Shown here in pieces: positions 26,550 through 38,983 of a DNA stretch of 64,000 nt; positions within the stretch are counted from its first letter, which is position 1; the number at the start of each line of letters is the position of its first letter. A program made the translations under genes and the position numbers. Source of the stretch: Octopus sinensis (taxonomy: Eukaryota); contig NC_043020.1 in assembly GCF_006345805.1 (NCBI RefSeq), positions 28,272,001 to 28,336,000 on the forward strand. The letters are read 5' to 3'. The notes beneath the pieces are model-generated. The model made no database searches. It worked only from the letters and a program-made list of their open reading frames with translations, and was not told the DNA's origin.

Positions 26550-27120
26550 TGTTAACCAACCAGATGTTTTAATGTTGATCTCAAAGACATCGAGACACCA
26601 AATTCATAGAATATTTGACCAATTCTCCTCTTTTCCACATCATTTGTCTATGAGTCTTGTTATACAGTACAACTGACCAAGGTGTTTTAATGTCCACCTT
26701 CAAGCTACAGAGACATCTGGTTTATGGTGTGGCTGAACAAATCAAAGTAATTTGTTATTTGGAATGGTTGATCAACCAGGTATTTCAATGTTCATCTCAA
26801 AGCTACAAAACCAGCGATCTGGTCTTTGGTACAGTTGATCAAATGATAGTTTGTCTGTGTCGGTCACCAAAGAAACTGGCTCTTTTGCATGATCGATCAA
26901 TAGAGTTTCAATGTCCAGCTGAAAGCCACAGAGCCATCTGTCTGGTGTATAATATATTGATGACCAAGTGTTATCTTGTCTAAGTCAACCATCAAAGACT
27001 ATTGTCCTTTTGTATGGTTGTCCATACCAAATGTTTCAATGTTGAATGGTGGTTTAGAAAAGCTATGGAGACACCTAGTTCATAGAATATTTGACCAACT
27101 GTCCCCTTTTCCACATAATT
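26550..27120. repeat. Degenerate tandem repeat, ~100-125-bp period, ~5 units
   Basis: Recurring ttt(c/t)aatgt...aaagc(t/c)acagag(a/c)catct; catagaatatttgaccaa...ttttccacat occurs at ~26605 and ~27082. Confidence 0.55.
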
Positions 27121-27124
27121 AGTC

Positions 27125-27235
27125 AATGGTTTTGGGGTCATAGCCATAGACCCACATTTCATCACCTGTTGCGACTGTTTCCAGAAGGTTTTCATCTTCC
27201 TCGATACAATGGAGGAGATCCTGCACAGCTGGAAC
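27125..27235 (-). pseudogene. Mariner transposase fragment around the first catalytic Asp
   Basis: Manual translation VQDLLHCIEEDENLLETVATGDEMWVYGYDPKT matches the mariner TGDExWxYxYDPETK motif. Confidence 0.75.
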
Positions 27236-27769
27236 CTGATCCTCGTTTTTCGAGATGGCCACACTCAACACCCTTCACTTCCAGGTCAATCTGTACCAAG
27301 CGGCTGCACTCTGCACATGCTGTAGCTCTATTACCATGACAACAGTCCCAATGCGTTTTGACCAGACAACATATACTTCTTTTGCAACTGTCATATAAAA
27401 ACCACTTCTACTATAACCACCACTAGTCAGAACCACCAACACTTCTCAATTAATCAATGCAACCAAGGACCACTGCCACCACCACCACCAGCTACCATAC
27501 AGGGGGGAACCTCTACGTGGTCTCCTGTCTTGCCTGAAACAACAGTCAGGTATCCCTAAACTACCATCCTACAGTCTTAAAAGACATGCTATGTCTCAGA
27601 TAATGCATTGCTGGATATATTATGTATGTTAAGCACAGACAGGATGGCCATTGAGAGAACCAACTGGGATAATGGATGCTTTCAATCAAAACTGACCAGG
27701 AACTAAACCACCACCAGTTCAACAGCTACTTTCACTTGACTGGACTTCATATTTGCTCATTTACTCTCT

Positions 27770-28325
27770 CATTCACTCACACACACAGACACACACACAA
27801 AGAATCTCTTGCTCACTCACGCACACATACACACAAACTCACACATCCACACACACATTCATGCACAGACACATACACATGCACACACACACTCACTCTC
27901 GCATATGCACATACACACACACACACACACAAAGAATCACTCACACACAGATTCACTCATTCACTTACACAGACTCATGCATTCACGCACAGACTCACTA
28001 ACACACACTCACTCATTCACTTACACACACACACATGTACTCACACAGACTCACTAACACACACACACAGATTCACATTCACACACACTTGTTCATTTAT
28101 GCAATTGCTCACTTACTCATTTGTTCATTCTCACTCTCTCTCTCTCTCTCTCTCACATATGCACACACACACACATGTACTCACACAGACTCACTAACAC
28201 ACACACACAGATTCACATTCACACACACTTGTTCATTTATGCAATTGCTCACTTACTCATTTGTTCATTCTCACTCTCTCTCTCTCTCTCTCTCTCACAT
28301 ATGCACACACACGCATACACACACA
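27770..28325. repeat. CA-rich low-complexity region including a 140-bp tandem duplication
   Basis: catgtactcacacagactcactaac...ttcatttatgcaattgctcac at 28034 and again at 28174. Confidence 0.85.
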
Positions 28326-28374
28326 TGTGCTTACTTTTCATATACAATCAACAGATTAGACTGTTGAAAATGAA

Positions 28375-28612
28375 AAGAATCCTAACATATCGGGCTACAA
28401 CAAGTAACCTTAGATGCCAAGAACCCTCCTAAGTAGCTTAGCTGTCCCTAATAACAGTTTTCCACAGCTGTACTAATCTGGGTTTTACGCCTATTTCCTC
28501 TATCCATTTGTTCAGATTTTTAGGGATAGTTCCCAATGCACCTATAACTACTGGGATACATTTTACCTGCACTTTCCATAGTCTCTGTAATTCAATGGTT
28601 AGGTCCTGGTAT
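28375..28612 (-). mobile_element. R4/Dong-like LINE 3' end, fragment 2
   Basis: Manual translation QDLTIELQRLWKVQVKCIPVVIGALGTIPKNL...LLGTAKLLRRVLGI*, the C-terminus of a restriction-like endonuclease domain. Confidence 0.75.
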
Positions 28613-29335
28613 TATCATTATTATCACCGTCATCATTATTATTGTCTTTGCACAGCTTCTAATGCTGGAGATGTACTACGGTGTCAGTTGTTCACTACCA
28701 GTGAACTAAGGACACACCTCTTATTTTTCAAGCACCATCTGGAGTATTCGAGTGCTTCCAAGCAGTGCTGATTTCTGCAAGTGCTCCACCCTTATTGCAG
28801 CCCCTATTCAATCCGTGTACTTCCCAAGATTTTTTTTACTCACTGTTCCCAGAGCTCCAACAATTATTGGTACTACTACCACCTTTTGCATCGACCACAA
28901 CTGCTTAACCTCCCAAGCTAACCTGTCATATCTATCAACTTTTCTTTCTTCTTTATCACACACCTTGTTGTCAGCTGGGTATGCTATATCTATGATCCAG
29001 CATAGTTTGCTTTCTTTCTCAATTAACACTCTGTCTGGCTTCCTATTCTCTATCTCATGGTCGCACTGAATCATAAAATCCCATAGGATCTTTGCATTAT
29101 TTTATATGGTGCCTTCAGATTTGTGGTCGTACCACTTTTTTGCTCTGACAAGTCCATACTTGTTGCAAAGTGTCCAACAGACAATCCTTGCTACATTGTT
29201 ATGACGTCTCTTTTATTCCTTCTGGGCTAGTGGCGTACATTGACTGGTAATATGCCATACGGTTTCTCCATTTTGTCCGCAATTCTGCACTTTTCACTTT
29301 CTGATGTTTTGTCTATTCTGTATTTGATATAATTT
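28612..29335 (-). mobile_element. R4/Dong-like LINE 3' end, fragment 1 (CCHC knuckle plus restriction-like endonuclease), disrupted
   Basis: CRI.GQNGETVWHITSQC zinc knuckle, KRRHNNVA, KILWDFMIQCDHEIENRKPDRVLIEK..CWIIDIAYP, PIIVGALG, LQKSALLGSTRIL; in-frame stops and frameshifts. Confidence 0.85.
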
Positions 29336-29387
29336 GTTGTTGTTGTTGTTCTTCTTCTCTTCTTCTTCTCATTATTATTATTTACAG

Positions 29388-29610
29388 TTAAGGCAGTGAC
29401 CTGGCAGAATTGTTAGTGCGTCAGACAAAATGCCCAGCAGCGCATCTTCTGACTCTTTACATTCTGAGTTCAAATCTCACTGAAGTCAACTTAGCCTTTC
29501 ATCTTTTCGGGGGAGGGGGAGGGGTCAATGAAATGAAGTACCGGTAAAGCACTGGGGTCAGTATAATCAACTTGCACCCTCCCCTTAAAATTATTAACAT
29601 TGTGCCAAAA
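29388..29610 (+). mobile_element. SINE family B variant
   Basis: aaggcagtgacctggcagaattgttag...ctgagttcaaatc...gcctttcatc. Confidence 0.75.
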
Positions 29611-29645
29611 TTAAAATGTATTGCTACTACAACTGCTGCTGCTCA

Positions 29646-29677
<32 letters not shown>

Positions 29678-29929
29678 AATAAGGATTTGTTTGGAAATGA
29701 CAATGAGCTTGGTTTGAATTTTTACCATCATCACCATCACCATCATCATCAGCAATAGCAATAGCAATAGCAGTGGCAGCATCACTAATGTGAGATCAGG
29801 TGAATGAATGTATGTCAACAGGTATGTATGAGTCATAGTCATCACCATTGCCAAGAGCATCAGTGGCATCATCATCACCAAAAACACTACCACTACCACC
29901 ACCAACAACAACAACACCATTGTACCAGC

Positions 29930-30545
29930 ATTAGTCATCATCATCATCATCACTAATGTGATCAGCTAAAGGTATGTAAGTCAGCAGGTAAGTAGGAGTC
30001 GTTGTCATCGTCATCATAACCCAAATCACCATCAGCTGCAACATCATCATCATCATCAACACCACCACCATCATCGTTGTCATCATCATCATCACCATCA
30101 TTGTCATCATCACCACTATCATCGTCATCGTTGTCGTCATCATAATCATCACCATCATCATCACCACCATCATTGTCATCGTCGTTGTCATCATCATCAT
30201 CATCATCATCACCACCATCATCGTCATCGTTGTCGTCATCATAATCATCACCATCATCATCACCACCATCATTATCATCGTCGTTGTTGTCATCATCATC
30301 ACCACCACCATCATCGTTGTCATCATCATCATCATCATCATCACCACCATCATCGTCATCGTTGTCATCATCATCATCATCATCACCACCACCACCATCA
30401 TCGTTGTCATCATCATCATCATCACCATCATCGTCATCGTTGTCGTCATCATCATCATCACCACCATCATCATCACTCATCGTCGTTGTCATCATCATCA
30501 TCACCACCACCATCATCGTCGTTGCCATCATCGTCATCATCAGTC
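29930..30545. repeat. Long imperfect triplet repeat (CAT/CGT/CAC)
   Basis: Direct reading; source of the spurious poly-M/D/H/S ORFs. Confidence 0.95.
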
Positions 30546-30639
30546 TGTTATTTCTCAGTGAGGTTCATCCCTTAGTCATCCTGTCAATCAGCCGCCATCA
30601 TTAATCTATGACTAAATCATCCAAATTGCTTGACTCTCA

Positions 30640-30852
30640 TCAGTTTGACCCTGCCACCACTTGACAACTGGTGATGGTTTGTTTATGTCCCCGTACCCGT
30701 AACTTACAGGTCTGACAAAAGAGATGGACAGAATAAGTACCAGATTTTTTTTTAAATGTTGTGGGGGTGGGGTCGATTTGTCCAACTAATCCCTTCAATA
30801 TGGTACTCCATCGTGGCCACAGACCTATAACTGAAACAAGTAAAAGAGTAAA
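30640..30852 (+). mobile_element. SINE family A, 3' half
   Basis: ttgacaactggtg...gtaacttac...gaataagtacc...ctgaaacaagtaaaagag. Confidence 0.75.
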
Positions 30853-30859
30853 GGAATAT

Positions 30860-31924
30860 GGAGTGGCTGTGTGGTAAGTAGCTTGCTTACTAACCACATG
30901 GTTCCGGCTTCAGTCCCACTGCATGGCATCTTGGGCTTGTGTTTTCTACTATAGCCTCGGGCTGACCAAAGCCTTGTGAGTGGATTTGGTAGATGGAGAC
31001 AGAAAGAAGCCTATCGTATATACATATATATATATATATATACGTTTATATATTTGTTGTGCAAGATTTTTTATGTGAAGTCGTGTGTTGAAACAGATAT
31101 TGTTATATTTCGGAATGGTCATTTTGCCAGTTTAGCCAATAAAAACACACGCACTATATATTTGGTGTTATTTTGCTTCAGTGTTATTTATTTTTTTACA
31201 TTAATCTTAATCTTATTTCGGCCAGAGTTCTTTCGTCACACTCCTGTGACCGCATCAGTGTTCCTTTGTTTTCTTCTTTCTTATTTGTGTCTCTCCTTAC
31301 TAACCGTCAGCCATTTTGTATTTCTATTGTATGTCTTTATTTGCACATGCTTATATCTCTATGTGCGTCTATGTTTAGTTAATGTGTGTGCGTGGGGGAA
31401 ATACACAGATAAACAAATAGAAATAAATAACTATATAAGTTTTTTTTTATTTAATTTAAAAGATTTTTTTGATTTATTATTATTATTACTAGTATTGTTG
31501 TTATACATACATACAAGCATACGTAATGATAATAATAATAAGTGGATGTAAACACATGAACAAAAACAACAACAACAAAAACAAATTACACGAATATATA
31601 TAATCAAGATACAAATATTACAGGCATCCCCCCACACACACACACACTAACTAAACATAGACGCACATAGAGATATAAGCATGTGCAAATGAAGACATAC
31701 AATAGAAATACAAAATGGCTGACGGTTAGTAAGGAGAGACACAAATAAGAAAGAAGAAAACAAAGGAACACTGATGCGGTCACAGGAGTGTGACGAAAGA
31801 ACTCTGGCCGAAATAAGATTAAGATTAATGTAAAAAAATAAATAACACTGAAGCAAAATAACACCAAATATATAGTGCGTGTGTTTTTATTGGCTAAACT
31901 GGCAAAATGACCATTCCGAAATAT

Positions 31925-31977
<53 letters not shown>

Positions 31978-32376
31978 ATATATGTATATATACATAGTTA
32001 ATCCAAACAAGAAAACACAAAAAAAACACAACAACGCGAGGACGTAGAACAAAGTATTATTGGACGTTTCGAGAGGAGCTCTTCGTCGGAAACATAGGAG
32101 AAGGAAAGATCCCGAGAAGGGAAGACAGAGGAAAAAAAATCGCCAGCAGTACTCACGAGGTCACATATTGATATATATGCGTGTCTGTGTTTGTCCCCCA
32201 CTATCGCTTGGTATCTGATGGTGGCATGTCTACATCCCTGTAACTTAGCGGCTCAGCAAAAGAGACTGATAGAATAAGTACAAGGCTTACAAAGAATAAG
32301 TCCTGGGGTCGATTTATTCGACTAAAGGTGGTGCTACAGCATGGCCACAGTCAAATGACTGAAACAAATAAAAGAA
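30860..32376 (+). mobile_element. SINE family A split at its internal (TA)n tract by a ~1.1-kb composite insertion
   Basis: 5' half 30860-31020 (ggagtggctgtgtggtaagtagc...aagaagcc), 3' half ~32178-32376 (gtctgtgtttgtccccc...gaaacaaataaaag). Confidence 0.8.
31097..31932. mobile_element. Foldback element: ~300-bp near-identical inverted arms around a ~230-bp spacer
   Basis: Arms 31097-31398 and 31627-31932; opposite-strand ORF translations in the track share a nearly identical ~90-aa stretch. Confidence 0.93.
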
Positions 32377-32384
32377 TATATCTA

Positions 32385-32585
32385 TGTGTGTGTGTCCGTG
32401 TTTGCCCTCTCCCCACACCTACTGCTTGATAACCGGTGTTGGTATGGTTATGTCCCCCATAACTTAGAATAAGAACCAGGCTTTAAAAAAATGTCTAGAG
32501 TCAAGCCATTCGACTAAAATTCTTCAAAGTGGTGCCCCAGCATGGCCGCAGTCTAATGAATGAAACAAGTCAAAAATAAAAAGTA
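32385..32585 (+). mobile_element. SINE family A, 3' half
   Basis: gtttgccctc...cttgataaccggtg...ggtgccccagcatggccgcagtctaatgaatgaaacaag. Confidence 0.7.
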
Positions 32586-33244
32586 AATATCCTGAACCGA
32601 ACATAAAAAAGTTTCCAGAAAGGTTTTTTTTTTCCTTCTAAGAAATGAATCACTTAAACCAACCTGACTCATTGCTCTGAAATACAGAGTTAGCATCATT
32701 AGTTTGGTATTCACTGTTTTGAAAAGCCAAACATGGCTCTTGGTCACGTAGTACAAATGTCTTGTTTTTTTTCAATGAAATAAGCTGGTTTAAGTTTTAT
32801 AATTTCTTTTTTTAGATAAAAATCTATGTGGAGAAGTGTTTCTGATAAGTTAAAGATAAACGTACACGTGACTTCAACACTAAGAAAAACGGTATTTTCT
32901 GAGTGGTATGGCTAAGCTACTGGTTGAGTCATAACCTCTTATGTGCTCCAAGTGTATTTGCTGATTAGGTTATGAGTGAGGTTCTAAAGGGTCCTTATGC
33001 ACATCAGAATTAATATCAGCCTGATGCTACGAAGACTGTGGGCTGTAAGAGTTTACATGAAGTACTTTCACAGATTTGGTACTGAGTTGGGGACCCTGAG
33101 TTATGTGAGGAACAACCGTTCATGCCCGGCCCCTGGTTAGGAGACAATTTCTCTCTCTCTCCACCAGTCATGGAGGCTTTGGAAATGGACTGACCAATAA
33201 AAAACATGATTACAAGTGTTCAATTATAATTTTGGTCATGGCTA

Positions 33245-33620
33245 TTACTCTTTTACTTGTTTCAGACATTTGACTGCGGCCATGCTGGAGCACCGCCTTT
33301 AGTCGAGCAACTCGACCCCGGGACTTATTCTTTGTAACCCCAGTACTTATTCTATCGGTCTCTTTTGCCAAACTGCTAAGTGACGGGGACGTAAACACAC
33401 CAGCATTGGTTGTCAAGCAATGCTAGGGGGACAAACACAGACACACAAACATACACGCACACTTACATATATATACATATATACGACGGGCTTCTTTCAG
33501 TTTCCGTCTACCAAATCCACTCATAAGGCTTTGGTCAGCCCGAGGCTATAGCAGAAGACACTTGCCCAAGATGCCACGCAGTGGGACTGAACCCGGAACC
33601 ATGTGGTTGGTTAGTAAGCT
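33245..33620 (-). mobile_element. SINE family A, near full length
   Basis: High similarity to copies at 34977, 41788 and 62843. Confidence 0.9.
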
Positions 33621-34976
33621 CCATCATCATCATCATTATCCTCATTGTCATCATCATCATCATCATCATCATCATTAACATTATTGTTTTAATGTCAACT
33701 TTTCCATGCTAGCATGGCTCAGACGGAATTTGTCGAGGTGGATTTTCTATGGCTGGACGCTCTTCCTGTCACCAACACTCACCTGCTTCTGATCAAAGTA
33801 ATATTTCCCCATGGCCAGACATAGTCCCATGGAAGGACAGAAGCAAAGGACACTGCTTGCATGAGGGTGACACTCATTTACATCTATCGCACAAAGTCAA
33901 AACCAGGAGACAGTAACACATCTACTCCCATCCAAACAACCCCTCCACACAGACACGCATACTCACGCACACATACACGCATACTCACGCGCACACACAC
34001 ACATATACTCATGCATACTCACGCACACACACATGCATACTCGCGCACACACATATATATATGATGGGCTTCTTTCAGTTTTCATCTATCAAAACCACTC
34101 ACAAGGCTGCCCAAAAACACAACACTTGCCCAAAAGGCTGACTGAACCTGAGACTTTGCGGATAAGAAGCAAAATTCTTACCACACGGCCACACCTACAG
34201 CCAGTTCCATGTTCTTGACATGGAACACAGTTACTGATTTGGTTGCAGAAAGAATCCTGGTTTATTTGAGTCTCGTGCTATTAACACCACGGCACAATGA
34301 CAGAATGACAAACTGCTTTCGGACATAACTCACCAACTTACAAACAAACACCACGTGCATAATATTGACACTGAGTGAGTACCATTGATAGAATATTGAT
34401 CCGAATATTGATCAGATATAACTCAGTTTTGTATAAACTGACATCAAGTACATAGTATTGACCCCCAAGTTATAACCAGTGATGGAATATTGATCCGAAA
34501 TAACAGGGCGATCTGATTTGTAACAAAAATACATTTACTATTGACAAAGACATGGCTTCTGAGTAAAAACCTTGTGAAAAATGAAAGCTAAAAATCAACT
34601 CAAACATTGAGATCTAAGCATTGTTCAATATTAAAATGCGATGCTCTGCCGTTTGAACCAGCCGCTGGCCAATATCATATCATACCATTGATCATAGTTG
34701 ATCAATACAGGCTTTGGATCCAGGGAGGGGGGTTTGAATAACAGGATCAGATATTCTGCTTGAGTGAGTTACAACGTGGGGAGATGATTGGACGGATGCT
34801 GGCCTGAGGAATGGGAAACTTTCAAAAAAGGAAAACCTGTTTATCCAGCATCAGATGCATGAGGAGATTTATCATTGGGCTGTGACCATGCTGGAGCACT
34901 GCCTTCAAGAGTTTGGTCAAACAAATCAAACCGAGGATTGTTTTTTTGAAAAAAAAAAAAAAACTGGTATATATAC

Positions 34977-35344
34977 ACTTTTACTTGTTTCAGTCATTTG
35001 ACTGCGGCCATGCTGGAGCACTGCCTTTAGTCGAGCAAATCGACCCCGGGACTTATTCTTTGTAAGCCCAGTACTTATTCTATCGGTCTCTTTTGCCGAA
35101 CCGCTAAGTAACGGGGACGTAAACACACGAGCATCGGTTGTCAAGCAATGCTAGGGGGACAAACACACATACATATACATATATACGACAGGCTTCTTTC
35201 AGTTTCCGTCTACCAAATCCACTCACAAGGCTTTGGTCGGCCCGAGGCTATAGTAGAAGACACTTGCCCAAGGTGCCACGCAGTGGGACTGAACCCGGAA
35301 CCATGCGGTTGGTAAACAAGCTACTTACCACACAGCCACTCCTG
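34977..35344 (-). mobile_element. SINE family A, full length; another partial copy follows at ~35370-35660
   Basis: Complete consensus from the acttgtttcagtcatttgactgcggcc tail to the cacagccactcct head. Confidence 0.92.
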
Positions 35345-35699
35345 CGCTATTCTATTGGTCTCTCTCCCAATATTCTATTGGTCTCTTTTGCTGAACTGCT
35401 ATGGGGATGTAAACAAACCAACATAAGTTGTCAGGCTGTGGTAGGGGACAATAAAAACTCAAATACAAAGACATATATACATACACACATTCAAACACAT
35501 ACACGTACACTTACATGCATTCAGACACAGATGTGCATGCACACACACACATTCACAGACACTTACAATGGGCTTCTTCGCAATTTCCATCTTCCAAATT
35601 CACTTAAGAGGCATTGATCAGCCCAGGGCTATAGCTGAAGTCAGTTGCCCATAGTGCCACACAGTACCACACACACATGCGCATGTGTGAGTGTGCCTG

Positions 35700-35950
35700 T
35701 ATCTGTGTGTGTGTGTGTACCCTTGTCTAGACATTATGTGGTGGTTGCAAGTAAGCATCACTTGCGTAGAAACAATGTTGATTGTTTCCAGTCTTCTGTG
35801 TAGACCATGTCCGATCCTCAGGTGCGTGGGATGGGAATCTTACCTGGAAACAGGTGAAGGTTGATGACAGGTAAAGGCTTCCGGCTATAGAAAATCCACC
35901 TCAACAAAATTCTCTCTAACCCATTCAAGCAAGGAAAAGTGAACATTAAA
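35700..35950 (+). mobile_element. Diverged SINE/LINE fragment with RTE-like tail running into the (GAT)n expansion
   Basis: gaaggttgatgacaggtaaaggcttccggctatagaaaatccacctc...gaaaagtgaacattaaatgatgacg parallels the RTE tail. Confidence 0.6.
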
Positions 35951-36450
35951 TGATGACGACGATGGTGATGATGATGACGACAATGATGATGATGATGATG
36001 ACGACAATGATGATGATGATGACGACGACAATGATGATGACAACGATGGTGATGATGATGATGATGGTGATGATGACGACGATGATGATGACGATGGTGA
36101 TGATGATGACGACGACGATGATGATGATGATGACGACGACGATGGTGATGATGATGATGGTGATGATGACGACGATGATGATGACGATGGTGATGATGAT
36201 GACGACGACGATGATGATGATGATGACGACGACGATGGTGATGATGATGATGACGATGGTGATGATGACGACGATGATGATGATGATGATGATGATGATG
36301 GTGATGATGACGACGATGGTGATGATGATGATGATGGTGATGATGACGACGATGATGATGACGATGGTGATGATGATGACGACGATGGTGATGATGATGA
36401 CCATAAGGATGACGATGATGACTACAAGAATAATAACGATGATGATGATT
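35950..36450. repeat. Long imperfect triplet repeat (GAT/GAC/GGT)
   Basis: Direct reading; internal ~93-bp higher-order unit (36091 and 36184). Confidence 0.95.
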
Positions 36451-36789
36451 GAACGACAACAGCCTGCAATGTCACCAACGTGCACCTCCCCCCACACACA
36501 CACAGTACAACATGACAACCTCTCAACTGGTATTTTGCAGTCTATCCGATGCACATTTGGGCCATGCCATGCACCAGTTGCTGCATCGTCTCCGTTGCAG
36601 CAAGACAGTCTGAGAAAGTTGAGCATTTGGAACCAGCAAATCAATAAGAAGAGCCATAATGGTGGGGGGGGGGGCGGGGGGAAACTCGGGCACTGATTGG
36701 TTATGGTCACTTAAACACGTGATCGTTGCTATGGGAACCTTGTGGAGACGCTGTGCTTAACTGGTGAGTGAATGAGCTGGTCAATGAGA

Positions 36790-37620
36790 TTATTGTGAAA
36801 GTAGTAGTAGTAGTAGTAGTAGCAGCAGCAGTAGCAGTAGTAGTAGTAGCAGCAGCAGTAGTAGTGGCAGCAGTAGTAGTGGTGGTGGTGGCAGTAAGTT
36901 GTGATGACATTAGTTGAGTAAATGGTGACACTTGGGCGGCCCACTACGACAGTTTTTGTGATTCATATCACATTATCATAATATTACCATAGTAACAATA
37001 TCATTAGCACACTAGATATCATTACAATGGCAGTTATATCAATAACATCAGTTATCATTACCATAACAACTATGTCATTAGCACTAATTATTATTACCAT
37101 AGAAATTATATTATTAATACTGTAATTATAATAACCACTGCAATTACGTCGTTAGTGTAATTATTGCCAGAGTTATTATATCATTATCACTGTCATCATT
37201 ATAAGACCAGTTATTTCATTAACGCTAATTATCATTACCACTGTAGTTATTACAACAACTGCATCATAAATGCTGTAATTATCATTACCACAGTATTTAT
37301 TTCATTTTCACTAATTATTATTACGACATTCACATCCTTAGCACAAATTATCATTAGTATTATGACTACATCGTTAATGCCGTGGCTGTTATTACGACAA
37401 CAGTTATTTCACTAACACTGATTATCATTACAATAACAAGAATATCGTTAGCGATGTAATTATCATTACAACAGCAGCTCAATTATATCATTAACACACT
37501 AATCATCATTACTGCAACAGTTACCTCACCAGCATCATAATTATCATTATGATAGCGAGCGTATCATTACTAATATAATAACCATTAAAACAGGAGTTGC
37601 ATAATTTATTTTTGTAATCA
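36790..37620. repeat. (GTA/GCA)n triplet followed by degenerate ATC/ATT-rich repeat
   Basis: Recurring ttatcattac-like words through 36960-37620. Confidence 0.7.
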
Positions 37621-38479
37621 CAAGTTACCACAGTAGCTTTGCCGGAAACCCTGTAATCATTAGAAGCCTCTCGTTTCGGGAATAAATGCTTGGCAATATC
37701 TCTTCTCTTTTATGTGCTGAGCTTAAATCCTGCCGAGAACAACACGAATTACCCCTACTTCCGAAAACTGCAGGCCTTATTCCAAAATTTGAAACTATTT
37801 AAAGGGAAAAAATTTGACAAGACAGTCAGTCGTCCACTGACACTCATTGATGCTACATCGAAGAGGCCAGGGAACAGAAGAAAGAAGACATGCCACCCAA
37901 CACCAGAGCTGAAGACACCTCTGAAAGGGGGTGCACAGCCACATGAAAACGATAGAGGAGTAGGGAGCCAAAACCGGACATGGTTCCTCCTGATGATGTC
38001 TTGAGCTAACTAGATCCTATAAAGGAGCTGTTGTGGTAGCAGACCACGAAACACGGTTGAAATTCACCCCATGTTTCAGATTTTTTGCACATTAGATATA
38101 TTTCATCTCCTCATGGCACTACAACATAAATCTGGTTTCATTTATTTTATTTATATATTTTTTTAAAATTCACATTGCAGTTATGCACTTCCTGAGTTCA
38201 ATTCCATGCCCCAGTATCTTACATCAGAGTTCATCTATCATAGCCTCAAATCAGCAACAGATTGATTCAATAGAATTGGTAACGAGAAATGAGAGTTGGA
38301 TCTATTACTTGCTGAGAGATAGCACTATCTACCAATTACACCAATTAGATTCCGTCAGTCGTAATCTGGACAAACTAATGGCATTACCTTGCCACACGAA
38401 ATACGAATATCAGAGACATCTTCGTAATCATCCAATCACCATCAGATAGGCCTTCCTACTACCATATATGTATATGTGT

Positions 38480-38780
38480 GTGGAGGCGAAATGGCCCAGT
38501 GGTTAGGGCAGCGGACTCATGGTCGTAGGATCACAGTTTCGATTCCCAGACCAAGTGTTGTGAGTGTTTATTGAGCAAAAACGCCTAAAAGCTCCATGAG
38601 GCTCCGGCAGTGGGTGGTGGTGAACCCTGCTCTACTCTTTCACCAAAGCTTTCTCTCACTCTTTCTTCTGTTGGCCTACTCGCTTAGCCAGCGGGGTGGC
38701 ATCATTGAAGGTTAAAACAATGCGAAGCGCATTGTGACCAGCGATGCGTTGCAACATCTAATGGCCTGGTTGGTCACGTG
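38480..38780 (+). mobile_element. SINE family D (tRNA-derived head)
   Basis: tggcccagtggttagg (A box) and gtttcgattccc (B box) followed by a non-tRNA body ending ggtcacgtga before (TA)n. Confidence 0.65.
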
Positions 38781-38799
38781 ATATATATATATATATATA

Positions 38800-38945
38800 T
38801 AGTGGTTGGCGTTAGGAAGGGCATCCAGCTGTAGAAACACTGCCAGATCTGACTGGCCTGGTGCAGCCTTCGGGCTTGCCAGACCCCAGTTGAACCGTCC
38901 AACCCATGCTAGCATGGAAAGCGGACGTTAAACGATGATGATGAT
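38800..38945 (+). mobile_element. RTE-type 3' tail fragment
   Basis: gtggttggcgttaggaagggcatccagctgtagaaac...gcggacgttaaacgatgatg. Confidence 0.85.
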
Positions 38946-38946
38946 G

Positions 38947-38983
<37 letters not shown>

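Noticed and set aside
35138-35617. Recurring ORFs such as RQASFSFRLPNPLTRLWSARGYSRRHLPK
   Set aside because: Translations of SINE family A copies, not a gene family.
29931-36710. Poly-His, poly-Asp and poly-Met/Thr ORFs of 180-254 aa
   Set aside because: All frames of stop-poor triplet repeats; no evidence of splicing or a unique domain.
37985-38075. Hammerhead-like CTGATGA ... GTGGT-agcag-ACCAC-GAAAC
   Set aside because: About 40 nt separate the CTGATGA box from the stem with no convincing pairing; cannot be supported.
38250-38330. Mariner-like LVTRNESWIYY peptide
   Set aside because: Resembles VTGDESWIYY but the catalytic GD is missing and no flanking motifs are recoverable; too weak to list.
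38480-38560. Possible tRNA gene
   Set aside because: A and B boxes are present but no complete cloverleaf; it continues into a SINE body.
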